Assembly (NCBI GenBank): GCA_051294375.1
Contig: CM119265.1
Span: 1,298,726-1,362,725, forward strand
Length of the DNA: 64,000 nucleotides
Reading direction: 5' to 3'
DNA from: Paraspadella gotoi
Lineage: Eukaryota; Animalia; Chaetognatha
The notes beneath the pieces are model-generated. The model was not told the origin of the DNA. It saw only the letters and a program-made list of their open reading frames with translations, and did not search any database. Positions within the stretch are counted from its first letter, which is position 1. The number at the start of each line of letters is the position of its first letter. Both the position numbers and the translations under genes were made by a program. This document shows, one piece after another, positions 61,090 through 64,000 of the stretch.

Positions 61090-61285
61090 TTGAAATTGTA
61101 CCACCGATATAAAATTATCCATTAATTAAATAAATAAGCTATCTTGCTCCTGAGTTTGGACAGGCTTTGGTGGTTTAAGGCCTCCATCAATCTTACAAGA
61201 TAATGACATAGCAGGTTCCTGCAAACTTTCAAACAAGACTCTCTCACAGTCTCGTTTATTCACTCCCAGAGTACCCGGCTTCCCA
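61090..61285 (-). repeat. Dispersed repeat family R1
   Basis: Reverse complement of 15283-15469. Confidence 0.8.
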
Positions 61286-61572
61286 ATCAACTGGAAATTC
61301 ACAAAAACATTTGTACCATGACGAAATTGAATGTCCAAAATTTAAAAATAAAGTTATTTGTACCAACTGATAAAAAAAAAGTTGCGATGAATTTTCATTT
61401 GGTTTTGTGATTACCGCTATCCGCAACTTCGTTAACACCTCTAGCGGCCATAGAACGAGTCGTGGTCTTTAAAACTGGCAAGAGAGATCTCTACACCTCC
61501 AAGGCGGCTTACGACTGTCCGTACGCTTCTCTTATGGGAGGTTTTACAGGTCATGACTTGATGGAAGTACTC

Positions 61573-61576
<4 letters not shown>

Positions 61577-61665
<89 letters not shown>
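61577..61665. repeat. (TAA)n microsatellite
   Basis: About 29 units; explains the poly-I/Y/L ORFs. Confidence 0.95.
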
Positions 61666-61754
61666 TAATAATACTATATTGAGCCAATAGTTCACCACTT
61701 CGGCAATATCCGCTTTGGTTGAACTTCCTCTTCATTGACCTTACCAAATTAAAT

Positions 61755-61789
<35 letters not shown>

Positions 61790-61847
61790 GTCAGCTGTTT
61801 TTTATTAACTTTTTGAGAGAAAGAAGAAGAAGAGGACGTGGAGACTG

Positions 61848-61929
<82 letters not shown>

Positions 61930-62049
61930 TCGGATTAATCTAAAAGGAATATTTTTATCTGATTCGTTGGCAAGGCGACCGTTGGCGCGAATCTGGAAAA
62001 CAAAAGGGAATCGAAGCGAAAAGAGAAAAGAATCTTAATTTGAAACGAA

Positions 62050-62395
62050 AATCTAAATTTAAATGACATTTTATTTCAAAATCTAAATCTAAATCTGTAA
62101 CAAAAATATAAATCTAAATTAAATTTTAGATCTAAATCTAAATCAGAAACTTAAATCTAAAACTATATCAAATTGGATTTCTAAATCTAAATCTGTAACA
62201 AAAATATAAATCTAAGTTAAATTATATATCTAAATCTAAATCTGAAACTTAAATCTAAATCTCTATCTAATTGGATTTATAAATCTAAATCTATAACAAA
62301 AATATAAATCTAAATTAAATTATATATCTAAATTTAAATCTGAAACTTAAATCTAAATCTATATCAAATTGGATTTCTAAATCTAATTCCGAAAC
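62050..62395. repeat. Higher-order tandem repeat (about 102-bp period) built from AAATCT hexamers
   Basis: AAATCTAAATCTGTAACAAAAATATAAATCTAA recurs near 62085, 62185 and 62283. Confidence 0.75.
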
Positions 62396-62776
62396 TCCAG
62401 ATTCGAAATCGGATGAGCGACTCGGGCAAAATGGAGAATTCTCATTGGTCGAGAGACAAATGGCACCGGCCAATGATCGGATGGGCTTCCATCCGCCGGT
62501 GAATTTTACCTCCGATCCGACGAAGCTGTAAAAATTGGAACCCAAATCTGTATTGATTCACTCTGCCCCAAATATTGACACTGTCTTGTATTATTGTCTA
62601 CTTTCTGAAAAAAAAATCCACTGAAGGGACCATAATTATTGTTATGTATTAGTGACAGAACCGTTCAATATGATGATGATGATGATCGGATGGTGGATTT
62701 TAGTCCACCATACCACTTTGATTTCGTCTCGAAATCCCTGTCAACTTCCTTATTGTGGTGACAGGAGTGGATTCGA
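62396..62776 (+). mobile_element. Third LTR-like unit, with a nested R2 remnant and a tRNA-Leu(CAA/CAG-class)-like PBS
   Basis: 5' AGATTCGAAATCGGATGAGCGACTCGG and 3' CCACTTTGATTTCGTCTCGAAATCCCTGTCAACTTCCTTATTG are homologous to the 12811 unit, followed by TGGTGACAGGAGTGGATTCGA. CCACT occurs on both sides of the nested insert. Confidence 0.55.
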
Positions 62777-63676
62777 TTCTTTAACTAAAAAATATAACCT
62801 TATTTCGAATTTAATATAAACTGGGGCGTCCTGGGAATGTAAGGCCGAAATGGGTTCCTTTTTGAGAATTTAGAAAAATAGTTTTTTCCCACTTTTGATG
62901 TTTCGTCGCTTAACATTATTTTTTTCTCTCTCTCTCCGTAAAAAGTCAACAACTTAATTGCAGCAAACGGACGTCACAATGTTGAAAAATGAGTAGAAAA
63001 AGAAAAATGAGACTTTTGAGAAAAGTTGACACGAAGAAAAGCTGAGAGGAAAATCTTTTTTTCGCTCAAAACGAATTTGGTGAATGAAGACAAAAAAATC
63101 ATTTTTTTTTCTTTTTTTTTAAATTTCATAGATTTTTTTTTCCTTTTTGGACAAAAATTTGATTGAAATGAAGTAGTAGAGAGAATTAGAGAGAAAAGTA
63201 GAGAAAAAGAAAATAGAAAGAGGAAAGAAAAGATGAAAGAGATCAGTGTGAAATAAAATAAATCGATTTAAACAGTCTAAAGAAATATATTTTCATCTTT
63301 CATCTCATCCTTCATTCCGAATAAATTTATATCAAGAATTGTTATTCTTACTTCTTATTTACTTTCTTACTTCTCAGTAATAGTCACGCACTGCAACGAA
63401 AAATGTTCATCTATTCTTCGTACAATTTCGCTTATATTTGGGGTTCTTTTCGTGTCGACAAAAATAACAAAGGAGCAACTAAAAATGAAGCCTGATTGAA
63501 TTTTGAGTCATGTGGTGTGACTTCGCAAGTATTATACGTATGGAGTATGCAGTATGATACTATGCACGTTAAATAATTTTATGGCACATTCTTCGAATAT
63601 TTGCAACTGCTAGCGTTATCTTTTTTTTAAATAAAATATAGAATTAAAAAAAATAAAAGACGAAATTCCGATGCAT

Positions 63677-63775
63677 CACGTGTCGATCTCTCATTGGCAC
63701 CGACAATGCGTGACAATTGTTAAGGTAGTCACGTGATCACCCTTGAAATGCACGTGAAAGAAAGTCTCACATTGG
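63677..63775. promoter_or_regulatory. Cluster of three CACGTG E-boxes and two ATTGG (CCAAT) boxes
   Basis: CACGTG at 63677, 63730 and 63751; ATTGG at 63693 and 63771, in otherwise very AT-rich DNA. Confidence 0.4.
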
Positions 63776-63890
63776 AATTACCCTTCTTGTTGGTTTCGTT
63801 TAACCTTTCATATTTGAATTTTATAATAAAGAATATTTTATTTTTAACTGTTATTTTTGATATATACAGGAAATCATAATAACTAAATTA

Positions 63891-63951
<61 letters not shown>

Positions 63952-64000
63952 AAAAGACGACAGTCTTATCGAGGTTGAAAACGACAACAACAACAACAAC

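Overview
AT-rich animal (invertebrate-like) nuclear DNA from a draft scaffold with N-gaps, dense (AG/CT)n microsatellites and several noisy duplicated blocks that look like long-read gap fills. Most ORF-track entries are microsatellite translations. Supported coding content: (1) a terminal exon encoding an LDL-receptor class A repeat (1679-1769, +); (2) a multi-exon class A peptide GPCR resembling the sex-peptide/myoinhibitory-peptide receptor (about 17364-42106, +), with three exons each present twice as indel-bearing copies; (3) a cluster of three divergent XK-related (Xkr/CED-8 scramblase-like) membrane-protein loci: an intronless ORF (45867-47909, -) whose frame stays open 127 codons past its TAG, a three-exon paralog (54531-57375, +) with a frameshifted tail, and a truncated remnant next to a 590-bp foldback. 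Repeats include two HINE/DINE-1-like (non-autonomous Helentron) families, MITE-like elements with telomere-like cores, short dispersed repeats and a Penelope-type minimal hammerhead motif. The most unusual signal is a set of LTR-like units that end in CCA-bearing copies of tRNA-Leu or tRNA-Lys longer than an 18-nt primer-binding site. All family assignments are by-eye comparisons to remembered consensus sequences; no searches were run.
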